Assembly (NCBI RefSeq): GCF_022539665.2
Contig: NC_081331.1
Location: forward strand, 3,348,001-3,412,000
DNA: 64,000 nucleotides
Direction: 5' to 3'
Origin: Daphnia carinata
Taxonomy: Eukaryota
Made by a program: the position numbers and the translations under genes. Shown piece after piece: positions 62,342-64,000 of this stretch. The notes below the pieces were generated by a model. The model was given only the letters and a program-made list of their open reading frames with translations, was not told where the DNA came from and searched no databases. The stretch's first letter is position 1; each line of letters begins with the position of its first letter.

Positions 62342-63601
62342 TGACGTCACAGACGGAGTTCTGTGGCCCGGTTCCAAAGAGAAAAGGGCGAGTGGGGAAG
62401 GAGTGGGAATAGGTTGAGGCACGTTTTCTCCCGTTGAGCTATTTGCAGCAGCAAGAGAGAGAGAGAGAGACTCTGTGTGTGTGTGTTGTGTGGACTCATT
62501 CCGTACACACACGCACGCCCAGTTATTTCTTTTGGCCGTGGCCTTGCATTCTCCCCACACACACAGAAGAAAGATGGATGTCTATTTGTGTGTGAGTGTG
62601 CAAGTCGATATGAAAAATTGAGGCAGAAAGAAAAATGGCTCCGACTGTTGGGTACAATTTCCCAATTCTTTTTCTTCTTTCTTTTAAAACCAACTGTATT
62701 TGATGCCTGGAGGGCCATCTTTTTAATACAGGTCAACTAAGGAAAAGTTGTTGAGAGGGAGGGAGGGGGTGAAACATTCCAGGGCCTAAACTAAAAATAG
62801 GATAAACAAAAACCTTTTTTTGGCGGAAGAAAGAAAAATTGTTTTAAAGCAATAAACTAGAAAGGCCTTGGAAATCGACGAAACGTGAAAATGTCCAACG
62901 GATCGGAACGTTGAAAATCTTTCAAGTGTGTCGCCGAATTATTAGCCGATAGAAACAAAAATAAAAACAGGTTTCAGCGAAAATGTATCTACACAAATAC
63001 TTGGCAGCATGGACTGCGGACTGTGACGCAACTTGGCCTCAATTTTTCCTTTTTTTCTGTTTATTTTTTTTTTCCTTAAAAGCAAAAATGAGTTCTTTTG
63101 TTTATTATTCAGACGACGGCGCGCAGATCGCCGCCCTTTTTATCACGAGGGACGAATGAATGCAGGAAACGTGTGGCCATTTTTACACAAAAACACGCAT
63201 CCTATCAGCGTGAAAGGGAAACAAGATACGGGCAGGCAGCAGACGTCATCACGTGGCTTGCATTTTATCGATCAGTGTAAAGTTTAACTTTGAAACAATT
63301 TTCTTTTCCACAGGGCGTCTCTCGGTCGTCGGAAAGGAGGTGGCTAAAGAAATAGTGATAAAAGGACATGGAATGAAAGAACACAAAGAAGGTCTGATTA
63401 GATAGGGGGGAGGGCTCTTTCTGGGTGGTGATTGGTCACGGGTAAGTGACGTCAGCATATTTTGCTTTTATAGTTCTTCCCTTTTTCGCTAAAGCCCTTT
63501 TCAGAAAAAAATTTGGGGTTTATCTGTTTACAACCCCTCAGGGGACGAATGGGCGCAGGTCATGGAAGCCCCAGCCAGCTGGGGCCATTGTTGTGACGTC
63601 A
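62342..63601. promoter_or_regulatory. Cluster of three full CRE palindromes (TGACGTCA) upstream of IRF2BP
   Basis: TGACGTCA at 62342, 63447 and 63594, with further copies at 59773 (intron 1) and 56122. Confidence 0.55.
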
Positions 63602-64000
63602 CAGACCACCTTGAGGCGTCGTGCCAGCCACACATCCGTCGTCTGCTGACGCAGTAACGCGTCGCATGATTTTTCTTTTTGGTGTGTGTAACTCTCTCAC
63701 GGATGCCGGTTTCACGCGATTTGCTCGACTACATATTTCAACAATGAAACACAAGAAGAAATCAATAGTGATATTTTCATGTGTCAAACTGCGCATGTGC
63801 CGGAAGTTTTCGTCGGCACTCGATGGCCACAACGAATCGATAATGACGCAGCTTCGACTTTGAACGGGCACGATCGATTTTGATTGGTGTGTAGGAAAGA
63901 AAAAACGAAGCGGTTCAACGAACCAAAACATGAAATCGATATCTAAGAGGAAAAATAAAAACTTTCACTCCGTATTTAAGCTCGTATAAAAATATGATCT

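Overview
This is eukaryotic, gene-dense, AT-rich DNA with many 55-100 nt introns. That architecture and the protein sequences suggest a branchiopod crustacean, most likely Daphnia (inference). I reconstructed ten spliced protein-coding genes by hand: SYS1 (-), an SLC10/P3-type Na+/bile-acid cotransporter (+), NTF2 (-) head-to-head with mRpL39 (+), and then six minus-strand genes: formin DAAM, PAK4/mbt, PLC-beta4/norpA, a cyanophycinase-like (peptidase S51) gene, an uncharacterised coiled-coil gene with TALPID3-like features, and IRF2BP. A tandem array of ~700-bp units, each an imperfect palindrome, lies at ~12.5-14.4 kb. The highlights are: (1) a 9-exon secreted cyanophycinase-family gene that the ORF track largely misses, whose catalytic Ser and Glu appear replaced (candidate horizontally acquired pseudoenzyme with a GATA-rich promoter); (2) two independent pairs of tandem mutually exclusive exons in PLC-beta, one covering the X-Y linker/Y-domain boundary; (3) the foldback repeat array with perfect 32-38 bp palindromic junctions; (4) a GC-AG, in-frame, stop-free intron in mRpL39 that would encode a hydrophobic tail anchor if retained. 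I saw no tRNA, rRNA, CRISPR array or autonomous transposon ORF.
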